IMG/VR virus record: IMGVR_UViG_3300031760_006602
DNA length: 20,000 nucleotides
Source: an uncultured virus (IMG/VR IMGVR_UViG_3300031760_006602)
Taxonomy: Duplodnaviria; Heunggongvirae; Uroviricota; Caudoviricetes
Direction: 5' to 3' (one strand)
Position numbers and translations under genes: made by a program. The first letter of the stretch is position 1. Each line of letters begins with the position of its first letter. Under the pieces are notes generated by a model that saw only the letters and a program-made list of their open reading frames with translations, was not told the DNA's origin and did no database searches. Shown piece after piece: positions 1 to 7,499 of this stretch.

Positions 1-224
1 TAATTTCACATATAGGGGAAGTAACTGCAAAAGATGTAGGTAAAATAATTATGTTAACTTCTCAAGATGTACTAAATGACTATAAAAAGGATTATGGTAC
101 ATTAAATACGTTGGAAAAGAAAGATGAAAAGTTAGTTACAAAGTATATGAATGGTGAAGTTGCAAAGTTAGTAAGAGATGTTGTTATATTTGGTAAATCA
201 GAAGAATCTGATAGTAACACGTAA
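1..224 (+). CDS. rnl2: RNA ligase 2 (Rnl2 family), C-terminal part; 5' truncated by window edge
   Basis: Frame starting at nt 3 is open to TAA 222-224: ISHIGEVTAKDVGKIIMLTSQDVLNDYKKDYGTLNTLEKKDEKLVTKYMNGEVAKLVRDVVIFGKSEESDSNT*. The start closely resembles the T4 Rnl2 C-terminal domain as I recall it (VISKIGEIGPKDFGKVMGLTVQDIL). Not in the ORF track. Confidence 0.75.
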   Translation, partial: ISHIGEVTAKDVGKIIMLTSQDVLNDYKKDYGTLNTLEKKDEKLVTKYMNGEVAKLVRDVVIFGKSEESDSNT

Positions 225-955
225 CAGGAATGAACCATGCGGCTGGATTGTAACAGTGTATCGAAGTGAATTAGTCAACACGATAGTAACACAGTAAGTG
301 AATGGGTCAATTCACAAATAGTAACCTAATTGAAACATCTTTCTGGATTGTAACAAGAGGTGAGATTGGTTTACAAGACATGATTGTAATATGAGAATGA
401 AATGAAACATTGTAGAAGATAGTAACAAGGTCGACTATTGAATCAAATAATTTGGTAGTAACAAATTAAGGAAATGAACCGCTAGAAGAGATAGTGACAA
501 AAGGTTAGAGTGAATTATGTTGCCGGATTGTAACACCCAGTATGAATGAGCCATGAAAAAGGGTAGTAACAAAAAAGGTTTGAGTGAGTTTGGAAACGGG
601 ATAGTAACAGGTTTTCTGAATGAAACACGTAAAACGATAGTAACAAAGTATGTAATTGAGTTAATATGCATGATTGTAACAACGATGGGAAACGGAACAC
701 ATGATGAGATGGTAACATGTAGTAGCGATTGATTCATGTACTTGGATAGTAACAATGAAAATGAGAGAAACACGCACCTGTGATGGTAGCAAACAGAGTG
801 ATTGAATCAGTTAATCAGATAGTAACATAGGATTCGAATGAAACATGTTGTGGGTTAGTAACTTGTTCAAAGATTGGTACAAAATAGCCGATAGTAACAC
901 GTTTGGTGATTGAAACTTGCGGGCTGATAGTAACAAATGGGTAATGATTGTGTAA
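210..955 (+). repeat. 36-bp-period dual-repeat/dual-spacer array (TIGR-like guide RNA array), main block, 21 units
   Basis: Repeat A (GATWGTAACA-like) starts at 210,246,282,317,346,382,418,454,490,526,562,600,636,672,708,745,782,818,854,890,926. Repeat B (GAWTGAAWCA-like) lies about 18 nt after each, and the two ~8-nt intervening segments differ between units. Stop codons and off-period units (29,35,37,38 nt) indicate non-coding. The array is certain; the TIGR identity and the strand are inferred. Confidence 0.85.
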
Positions 956-993
956 ATTAAGGTAATAAATAAATTTTAAATTTTGTTATCTTT

Positions 994-1022
994 TTCCACC
1001 TCTCTGTAACTTCTTATATAAT
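994..1022 (+). promoter_or_regulatory. sigma-A/sigma70-like promoter inside the array gap
   Basis: TTCCAC (994-999), 17-nt spacer, TATAAT (1017-1022), preceded by an AT-rich UP-like tract (960-993). Confidence 0.55.
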
Positions 1023-1066
1023 ACCTATAGCCCGCATTTTTATATTCTTTTTAAATCAATAAACCT

Positions 1067-1200
1067 GATAGTAACATTACAGGGGAATGGTACATATTAC
1101 ATTATAGTAACACAATGTATGATTGAACAGAATTATAGATTGTAACAACATTATGAGATTGAAACAATAAGATAGATAGTAACATACAAATTGATTAAAT
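1067..1200 (+). repeat. second block of the same 36-bp-period array, 4 units
   Basis: Repeat A at 1067,1103,1138,1175 with repeat B variants GAATGGTACA, GATTGAACA, GATTGAAACA, GATTAAATAC. Confidence 0.8.
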
Positions 1201-1215
1201 ACTTTGGGGGTAATT

Positions 1216-1437
1216 ATGAGTAAAAGGAAACATGTAAAAGCCTTTACTGCCTTTGTAGATTTAAATTCTTATTGTCAAAAACATCAGGATAATGGTTGTC
1301 AAGGGTGTATATTTGACATGTCTAAAGGGGTAGTAAGAGATTGTGTAATAGAAAATCTTGCCAAAACTTCTAAAAGGGGTAGAAAAAATTTTATAGGTAA
1401 AGTTATAACAAAACTGAATAAGTTGTTAAAGAGGTAA
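1216..1437 (+). CDS. hypothetical Cys-rich phage protein (YCxxH..C..CxF..C family)
   Basis: ORF track 1204-1437; ATG at 1216 follows GGGGG RBS; similar to 16104 and 17347 ORFs. Confidence 0.7.
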   Translation: MSKRKHVKAFTAFVDLNSYCQKHQDNGCQGCIFDMSKGVVRDCVIENLAKTSKRGRKNFIGKVITKLNKLLKR

Positions 1438-1446
1438 ACAAGTATC

Positions 1447-2070
1447 ATGTTAGAATCATTAGGTACTGTTAAGTTAGAAGATATTAATTCTTTAATGAAA
1501 GAAAAACCTTTTTATGGAGAAGATATAAAACAGATTTTGGACTCTCTAACTTTGGTAGCGAGTAGATTATCTGATACTATGTATATTCTACCTTTTATGG
1601 GTAGTAATTCTGATATAGAGAAGGTACTAACTTCAAGAATAGGTGAGGTTAGGGAATCTTTAGGTATTTTAGAGCGTTTACGTTATTCAGCACATACGGG
1701 GTTAAGTACAGTAAAAGATAGATATTATTTACGAGTAATGCCTGAAAGTGGACAGGGGTATTTAGTTAAAGCTTATCAGTTTGATGGTGACTTTGTAAAT
1801 AAAGACGGGGAATGGTATGCACCACGTTGGATACAAATGGAGTATATACTTGGGAAACTGTATTATTCCGGTCCAGAGCTTTATATCTATAGAGAAAACG
1901 ATAAAGAACGTGTAGACACTTTAGTGCCTGTAGGCTCCTATCTTGTAAGACGATGTGACGGAAATGGGGAGTTGTATGTAATTACTTCTGAAATGTTGGA
2001 AGAGTATTTTACAGAAGTAGAGATAGGGGTAAATGTAGGTTTAGTAGATATTAAAAATAAGGGAATGTAG
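1447..2070 (+). CDS. hypothetical phage protein; C-terminal half resembles a widespread small phage domain (A.QFDGD...W...VG.Y.....GELY)
   Basis: 207-aa ORF; motif recognised by eye; no Nop-domain features seen. Confidence 0.7.
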   Translation: MLESLGTVKLEDINSLMKEKPFYGEDIKQILDSLTLVASRLSDTMYILPFMGSNSDIEKVLTSRIGEVRESLGILERLRYSAHTGLSTVKDRYYLRVMPESGQGYLVKAYQFDGDFVNKDGEWYAPRWIQMEYILGKLYYSGPELYIYRENDKERVDTLVPVGSYLVRRCDGNGELYVITSEMLEEYFTEVEIGVNVGLVDIKNKGM

Positions 2071-2072
2071 AT

Positions 2073-2222
2073 ATGAAAAAGTTTTTAGCTGGTATTTCTT
2101 TAATGTGTGTAGCAGATGGTATGATTATTAGTAAGTTGTTTGGGGACAATGTTTATTTAATTGCTACGTTATTTTCGGTAGGCAGTGTTCTTTGTTTTTT
2201 ATGGTGGTGGAATGATAAGTAA
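2073..2222 (+). CDS. small putative membrane protein (49 aa)
   Basis: MKKFLAGISLMCVADGMIISKLFGDNVYLIATLFSVGSVLCFLWWWNDK*; AAGGG RBS; fills the gap between neighbours; below ORF-track cut-off. Confidence 0.6.
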   Translation: MKKFLAGISLMCVADGMIISKLFGDNVYLIATLFSVGSVLCFLWWWNDK

Positions 2223-2242
2223 TATAAAGTTGGTGAGTTAGT

Positions 2243-2569
2243 ATGTTAGTACACGCTGTAGAAATCAAAAGTAGGAATGAGTGGGAAGAAGGAATATATT
2301 CAGTACAAGCCTTTGAAGTTCATACGAAAATTGAAAATGGAAAAACAGTAGAAAAAATTTCACTGTATGGAGTTCCGTTTAAGGGCAATCCTATTGTAAA
2401 AGATAAAGTACTTTCTATAACAAAGTCAGCTTTGTTTAGGGGTAAAAATCTTACATGGTTTGTCTTTAACGGAACTGTTTTTTATGCAAGAGAGGGGATT
2501 GAAGATATTTCCAATATTGTAGAAAAAGCATTTAAAGAGTATGAAAAACGTTATGGAAATGAATTATAA
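2243..2569 (+). CDS. hypothetical protein
   Basis: 108-aa ORF, GGTGAG RBS. Confidence 0.7.
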   Translation: MLVHAVEIKSRNEWEEGIYSVQAFEVHTKIENGKTVEKISLYGVPFKGNPIVKDKVLSITKSALFRGKNLTWFVFNGTVFYAREGIEDISNIVEKAFKEYEKRYGNEL

Positions 2570-2631
2570 TGGGGTCTATAGGAAATTTCCATTCAAAAAA
2601 AAATAATATCAGTTTTGTATTAAGTTTAAGT

Positions 2632-2669
2632 AAAAAATACTTTACTTTATGTATTTCTTATGTTATAAT
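2632..2669 (+). promoter_or_regulatory. sigma-A-like promoter with extended -10 and overlapping imperfect inverted repeat
   Basis: TTTACT (2641-2646), 17 nt, TGtTATAAT (-10 at 2664-2669); AAAAAATACTT-n6-ATGTATTTCTT spans the -35; AGGAGG RBS follows. Confidence 0.75.
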
Positions 2670-2698
2670 ATAATTGGTAATAAGGTTGTTAGGAGGTT

Positions 2699-3199
2699 AT
2701 GGGTATGTATTTGATGGATGAAGTAAGGAATTATTTAGGGGTAAGAGTTGACGAGGAGTTTCAGTTACAACCCGTATACAAGGAAAATGAAGTTGTAACA
2801 TGTGGTCCACCATTACCCTGTACTTTTAAGTTTTTCCGGAAAGAGGGACTGTTCCGTAAATACGAACTTTCTGATAAATGGGAAAGCGCTAAAGATTATT
2901 TACAACCTATCCTAATGGACGAGTTACGTGTGGTAGATACTGAATTTCACCCCGCAAATGGAAAACCATACTGGGTAGTATGTTGGTCAGGTTGTATGTC
3001 AATTCCTTATGTAGTATGTAGGCATTGGTGGGGTGCATTAAAGGATTATATGTATTTAAGAAGTGGAAATTTCTTTAGTACAAAGTTGGAAGCAGAGAAA
3101 GAAAAGTTTAATATAGTAAAACAAATTGTAAAAGAGGGGTACGATATTCGTCCAGAGGATGAAGAAAAGTATTCTTACAGAGAGGGTGTTGAAATATGA
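2699..3199 (+). CDS. hypothetical phage protein (LGV...EEF N-terminal family; paralog of 5610 and 17078)
   Basis: 166-aa ORF, AGGAGG RBS. Confidence 0.8.
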   Translation: MGMYLMDEVRNYLGVRVDEEFQLQPVYKENEVVTCGPPLPCTFKFFRKEGLFRKYELSDKWESAKDYLQPILMDELRVVDTEFHPANGKPYWVVCWSGCMSIPYVVCRHWWGALKDYMYLRSGNFFSTKLEAEKEKFNIVKQIVKEGYDIRPEDEEKYSYREGVEI

Positions 3200-3669
3200 G
3201 TTATCGAACATATGTAAATGAACATCAAATATTTGGAAACAATGAATATTATCAGGAGTGGTTTGATTTTATTAAGTCACAGGGGATTGAGGTATCCGAA
3301 GAGTTTACTTATGATGGGTATATTACAAATGTAATGGGTGCTGTTGAAGCAATAGAGAAAATTATTTTACGGAAAGCAAAAGAGAGTGAAGAAACCCTTA
3401 TAGGTAGAAATGGAAAAATGTTTAAACACTGTAAGTTATTTGACTTTAGTAACGAGTATGAGAAAATCATAATGGATAGAGAAGATAAATATGGGATGGA
3501 GTTGACTGACCATATCCTGTTTATTGAAGATATGTCTTACATGTTTATGTCGGTAGCTTTTATCAATGCCTGTAAAGACCTAATTGAGAGAGCTCCGAAA
3601 CCAAAAGGAAAACGATTGTATAATTATAAAGTAAAAGATGGAAAACAGGTACATGTACATGCTGGGTAA
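3196..3669 (+). CDS. hypothetical phage protein
   Basis: 157-aa ORF, ATGA overlap with upstream gene. Confidence 0.8.
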   Translation: MSYRTYVNEHQIFGNNEYYQEWFDFIKSQGIEVSEEFTYDGYITNVMGAVEAIEKIILRKAKESEETLIGRNGKMFKHCKLFDFSNEYEKIIMDREDKYGMELTDHILFIEDMSYMFMSVAFINACKDLIERAPKPKGKRLYNYKVKDGKQVHVHAG

Positions 3670-3683
3670 GGGGGTTTTTAGTT

Positions 3684-3824
3684 ATGGGTGCCTGGGATTT
3701 TGCTAAATGGTTTGTAGAGTTTGTGTATGAACATTGGTTTTTAACATGGGTGTTTCTGTGGTGTATTTTTGGAAATGGGAATTTTATAAAGTTTTGTAGT
3801 AAGAACAGTAAAAAATCTTTATAA
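3684..3824 (+). CDS. small aromatic-rich putative membrane protein (46 aa)
   Basis: MGAWDFAKWFVEFVYEHWFLTWVFLWCIFGNGNFIKFCSKNSKKSL*; AAGGGGG RBS. Confidence 0.55.
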   Translation: MGAWDFAKWFVEFVYEHWFLTWVFLWCIFGNGNFIKFCSKNSKKSL

Positions 3825-3854
3825 GACGGGTATACGGAAAAGGGGTATCGAGGT

Positions 3855-4046
3855 ATGGGTTGTGATTTACTCAAAAAGTATGGGAGTTGTAATAAGTGTA
3901 TGGAAGGTGCTCCTTATCATTTTTGTTGTAGGAAAGAGTGTGGGGAACATCAATTCTGTACAATATGTATTGATTCAGAGTTAGAGAGACAGAAGAGGTT
4001 AAAACAGAAAAATAAAGATGAAAGAGAACATAAAAGCAGTGCTTGA
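3855..4046 (+). CDS. small Cys-rich hypothetical protein
   Basis: 63 aa with 8 Cys, including CxxC pairs. Confidence 0.6.
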   Translation: MGCDLLKKYGSCNKCMEGAPYHFCCRKECGEHQFCTICIDSELERQKRLKQKNKDEREHKSSA

Positions 4047-4443
4047 TTTAGACTTGTTAATTGGTAATTTTGTGTATTATCTTGTGTTTTTTAAAAAGGG
4101 AAATCGGTTTACATTAAATGATATAGCCGAGTATGCTAAACAGTTTCAAGATGGAATAAAAGAAGTAGGGTACAATATAAACAGGGGTATCAATATATTT
4201 GAAATGGAAGATTTTGTTGATTATTACCCTATTATACGATGTCAATATGTAGACGATAAAGGAAATAGTTATCCAGTGTATTATCTTACGGAAAATCTAA
4301 CATTAAATATGTTACGAAGGTACTTTAGGGTAGGGTTGCCAGCAAGGTTGTTAGTTAAGATAGATGATATAAGTGAAAAATATTTTAATCAGTTTTGTAC
4401 TTTGTTAGGGTATATGGGAGAAGAGTTAAGAAATAATGATTAA
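4018..4443 (+). CDS. hypothetical protein
   Basis: 141-aa ORF in operon-like array. Confidence 0.75.
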   Translation: MKENIKAVLDLDLLIGNFVYYLVFFKKGNRFTLNDIAEYAKQFQDGIKEVGYNINRGINIFEMEDFVDYYPIIRCQYVDDKGNSYPVYYLTENLTLNMLRRYFRVGLPARLLVKIDDISEKYFNQFCTLLGYMGEELRNND

Positions 4444-4804
4444 GATTAAAAATGTTTTATACAACGACATAGATACGGAAATTGAAAAACTTTATGAAAA
4501 CGAGGTTGAGGATGGGTATGTAGTAGTACAAGATGAAGAATCACTTGGAAAAGATTGTATCATGGCAAGTACGACAGCTTGGAGAGTAACAGATAAAAAT
4601 CTTATCTTTGTAGAAGGTACTTATTACAATTTCATGGGAAACGGAATACATGAACCAGATTTTTCTTTAACCTTAATCTATGAAAATGTAAAAGATGATA
4701 AACAGTTTGATATAAACAAATATCTGTACTTTGAACAAGATAGCCCTATGACATCAATTCATAATTTCTTGAATATAGTAAATGGTGGGGTAATAAAATG
4801 GTAA
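4436..4804 (+). CDS. hypothetical acidic protein
   Basis: 122-aa ORF overlapping neighbours. Confidence 0.75.
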   Translation: MIKIKNVLYNDIDTEIEKLYENEVEDGYVVVQDEESLGKDCIMASTTAWRVTDKNLIFVEGTYYNFMGNGIHEPDFSLTLIYENVKDDKQFDINKYLYFEQDSPMTSIHNFLNIVNGGVIKW

Positions 4805-4914
4805 CTATTAACGCAAGTTTTACAGTAGCTCAGTTGTTGGTTGTATTAGTAGTAGCAGGGATTATTATTGCTTTACTTGTAGCAGGTATGGTGTGGATGG
4901 TTATGGAAATGTAA
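4798..4914 (+). CDS. small single-pass membrane protein (38 aa)
   Basis: MVTINASFTVAQLLVVLVVAGIIIALLVAGMVWMVMEM*; GGGGT RBS. Confidence 0.6.
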   Translation: MVTINASFTVAQLLVVLVVAGIIIALLVAGMVWMVMEM

Positions 4915-4941
4915 GTTAAGGGGAAAGTGAGGTAATGGGTT

Positions 4942-5244
4942 ATGATGGATTCTGTATTTGAAAGAGAATTAAAGGGTGAGTTGTATGTAATCGTAGTGTA
5001 CCCTAATGGGTATAGTGAAAGTAAGAATGGGTTATATGTACGAAAAGACCAACCTATTAGGGATAACAGTAGGTTAGAGGTAACGGATAAGTTGACAGAA
5101 GCAAAGTTGTTTCAGAAACGAAGTCAAGCGATTAAATCAGCCACAAATTTATCAAAAGGTAAAAATAATACGATTTTTATTGTAGAGAGGGTTTTGTTAC
5201 AAGTTGTATTAGGGAGGGAAGTAGAAAAAGATGGATTATACTAA
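4942..5244 (+). CDS. hypothetical protein
   Basis: 100-aa ORF, GAGGT RBS. Confidence 0.75.
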   Translation: MMDSVFERELKGELYVIVVYPNGYSESKNGLYVRKDQPIRDNSRLEVTDKLTEAKLFQKRSQAIKSATNLSKGKNNTIFIVERVLLQVVLGREVEKDGLY

Positions 5245-5629
5245 TTTAACAAAAGAAGAATTAAAACAGTTGTGTAGAGAGTGGCAGGAGATTTTACGAT
5301 TACAAAGCTGGGATATAGAAGCTGATATTTGTCGTTCTGACGAGTTTAGTGTACCGAATCGCACCGGAGAGAATTGTTGGGATTTAAGTGTAGGAAAAGC
5401 ATATATAAGGGTCTTACACCCTGTAGACTATAAAAAATCTGTATGGCCTCATGATATGGAATTGGTTTTGGTACATGAGTTATTACATTTATATTTTATT
5501 GTGTTTTCTCCTGAAGAGGAAAGTACAATAAAACATTCTTTCATGGAAAATACCATAGAAACATTGGCAAAGGTGTTAGTAAGGTTACGGAGGGAAGGTA
5601 GGATAAAGTATGAAACAGAAAAGTATTAA
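5231..5629 (+). CDS. putative zinc metallopeptidase-like phage protein (HExxH)
   Basis: LVHELLHLYF motif, a downstream Glu, and N-terminal WQxxLRLQxWDI as in a common phage family. Confidence 0.7.
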   Translation: MDYTNLTKEELKQLCREWQEILRLQSWDIEADICRSDEFSVPNRTGENCWDLSVGKAYIRVLHPVDYKKSVWPHDMELVLVHELLHLYFIVFSPEEESTIKHSFMENTIETLAKVLVRLRREGRIKYETEKY

Positions 5630-6107
5630 TTCTATCTTACATATGTATGGGTTAGGGGTGAATATTCCTTTTTACATTGTATGGGTAGAGAACGATACCT
5701 TAAATAGGGAATTAGTGGTTGTAACAGATAATGGGTTTAGTTGGTATGATGAAGAAGAAAAATGTTGGTCAGGCGACCATTCCAAAGATTACTTGTTTAT
5801 GAAATTGTTGTTAGGGGACGCTGAAGCAGATTTTTATCCCTATAAACCTGTTGTAGGGGAACGATATAATTATTTGGCGGTAAGTGTTGGGAAAGAAATT
5901 AGAGAATACAGTAGAGAGTGGACAGGGTGTATGGAAGATTTGACAAATTATTTTTGTGGAAATTGTTTCCCTTATTCCACTAAATATCAAAGTGTGCCAA
6001 CAGGAATTTGTGTAGGGTTATTTACTAAGTTAAAAAATTACTACGAAGATGGTGTACGTTTAGCCGATATGGGTAAGGAAAAGGGTGAAGAAAATGACGA
6101 ATCTTGA
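5610..6107 (+). CDS. hypothetical phage protein, paralog of 2699-3199
   Basis: Shares KDYL...L..P..G..Y...W.G...D.....GN.F pattern with the 2699 ORF. Confidence 0.75.
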   Translation: MKQKSINSILHMYGLGVNIPFYIVWVENDTLNRELVVVTDNGFSWYDEEEKCWSGDHSKDYLFMKLLLGDAEADFYPYKPVVGERYNYLAVSVGKEIREYSREWTGCMEDLTNYFCGNCFPYSTKYQSVPTGICVGLFTKLKNYYEDGVRLADMGKEKGEENDES

Positions 6108-6339
6108 GTATATTAAATCATGTAGTACACATGAACTTGCCTCTTTTATCTATGATTTGATGTACGAGAAAGATTTTAAGGAAGAGGTAGATGTAGATTA
6201 TGAAAATCAAAATAGCTTATGGGGTTGTCAAAGTAAAGAAGATTTAATAGAGGTTTGGTTAGGTAGGGAAAAAGAAGATACAGAAATGAATAAGAAACAG
6301 AAAGAGGAAATTGTAGAAGCTTTAAATGATATTTTTTAA
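6094..6339 (+). CDS. hypothetical protein (TN...I.S....ELA.F....WL family)
   Basis: ORF track 6085-6339; ATG at 6094 more likely. Confidence 0.7.
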   Translation: MTNLEYIKSCSTHELASFIYDLMYEKDFKEEVDVDYENQNSLWGCQSKEDLIEVWLGREKEDTEMNKKQKEEIVEALNDIF

Positions 6340-6356
6340 TTATAGGGGGAGTATAG

Positions 6357-6866
6357 ATGACAAAATACATTAATGAAAAGAAACGGATTTTAACAGTTGT
6401 CGGTAATAATTTGAAATATTGGAGAGGGGTAAGGGGGTATTCTAAAAAGAGAGTAGCAGATATGGCAGATATTATTCCTCAACAATATAATGATTATGAA
6501 AGTGGTAAAACAGAGCCAGGGATTATAACAGCACAGCGGGTTTGTGACGCTCTTGGTATTTCTTTGTTTGATTTAATGCAGGGTACAGAAATAACAAAAG
6601 AAACACCTATAGAAGGGTCACAAGAAGAGGTAGATTACATTAAAAGTAAGTTAATAAATCTTGGGTTTACTGTGGATTATGCAGAAGATATGAAGTTAAA
6701 AGTTTATATAGGGGAAACTAATACATGTCAGGAATTTACTGTGTATGAGTTGAAAAATATCTTAAAGAAAATCAACAATAATAAAATGAAGTCCGTACAG
6801 TATCAGTTAGTTTTACTTGGAATTATGGATTTAATGTTGGTAAAGAAAAGGGTAAAAGAAGGGTAG
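6357..6866 (+). CDS. XRE/Cro-CI family helix-turn-helix transcriptional regulator
   Basis: GNNLKYWRGVRGYSKKRVADMADIIPQQYNDYESGKTEPGIITAQRVCDALGISLFDL is a typical HTH_3 pattern; GGGGGAG RBS. Confidence 0.9.
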   Translation: MTKYINEKKRILTVVGNNLKYWRGVRGYSKKRVADMADIIPQQYNDYESGKTEPGIITAQRVCDALGISLFDLMQGTEITKETPIEGSQEEVDYIKSKLINLGFTVDYAEDMKLKVYIGETNTCQEFTVYELKNILKKINNNKMKSVQYQLVLLGIMDLMLVKKRVKEG

Positions 6867-6874
6867 GCGGTACT

Positions 6875-7492
6875 ATGTATTATGATGTAGATAAATATGA
6901 TGTCGAGGGTTGGGTAAAAGAGATTGATACTTTATTAAGTACTATCCGCAGGTTAGGGTTAAGATTAGGTTTATTAAAAACACAAACAGGGGTTAAGTTG
7001 TTTGTAGAAAATACTGTAGAAGAGAAAAGAGAAATAACGACTTCTAATTTCGGTGAAATAGAGGTACAAGATTTAGACTATGAAGAAGTTGATGTAGATA
7101 CGATATGTTTGGTAGGGTTTTTAAATTCACTTGCCTTTAGAACGAGGGAGTATGGGTTTATGCCATTATCCTTGGTAAATGATAATGGTATTTTACTTGG
7201 GAATGGGATTCCAGAAGATATAAAACAAGGAACTTTATTTTATGATGATACATTATCCGAATCTTATATAAGGGAAAGTAAAACAAAATGGTACCCTATT
7301 GTAGAAAAGTTTATAGAGAAGGATGGTATGGTAACACCTGTTTTTTATGATAGAAATATTTTACAGCTTGGTATTACTGATACAGAAAATAAGGGAAAGA
7401 TGTATTATATTATTTATGTAGTTTCAGATTATAATGGGTTTATTATCAGAGACGGTCAATGGAAAAAACACTTAATTAATACTAAGGGGTAA
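6875..7492 (+). CDS. hypothetical protein
   Basis: 205-aa ORF. Confidence 0.75.
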   Translation: MYYDVDKYDVEGWVKEIDTLLSTIRRLGLRLGLLKTQTGVKLFVENTVEEKREITTSNFGEIEVQDLDYEEVDVDTICLVGFLNSLAFRTREYGFMPLSLVNDNGILLGNGIPEDIKQGTLFYDDTLSESYIRESKTKWYPIVEKFIEKDGMVTPVFYDRNILQLGITDTENKGKMYYIIYVVSDYNGFIIRDGQWKKHLINTKG

Positions 7493-7499
7493 ACTGATT

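Noticed and set aside
600..635. Complementarity between spacers A and B (gtttt/aaaac) suggesting stem-loop units
   Set aside because: Seen in only this unit; the other units I checked show no consistent A/B pairing.
435..773. Minus-strand ORFs 435-773 and 515-718
   Set aside because: Shadow ORFs over the repeat array, with no RBS and opposite to all other genes.
210..955. Array as a CRISPR array
   Set aside because: Conserved blocks are only ~10 nt and degenerate, variable blocks are only ~8 nt with two per unit, and no cas genes are seen.
210..955. Array as a 12-aa repeat protein (IVTxxxNExxxx frame, or DSN...W with TGA recoding)
   Set aside because: Repeat variation looks partly synonymous in the IVT frame, but the spacers contain TAA, TAG and TGA stops and several units break frame (29, 35, 37, 38 nt). 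Other genes here use TGA and TAG as normal stops. A long-dead coding ancestor cannot be fully excluded.
1447..2070. Candidate Tas/Nop effector for the array
   Set aside because: No Nop-domain, RuvC or HNH motifs recognised; the C-terminal half looks like an unrelated common phage domain.
2581..2590. GGAAATTTCC palindrome as a terminator
   Set aside because: Stem too short and not followed by a U-tract.
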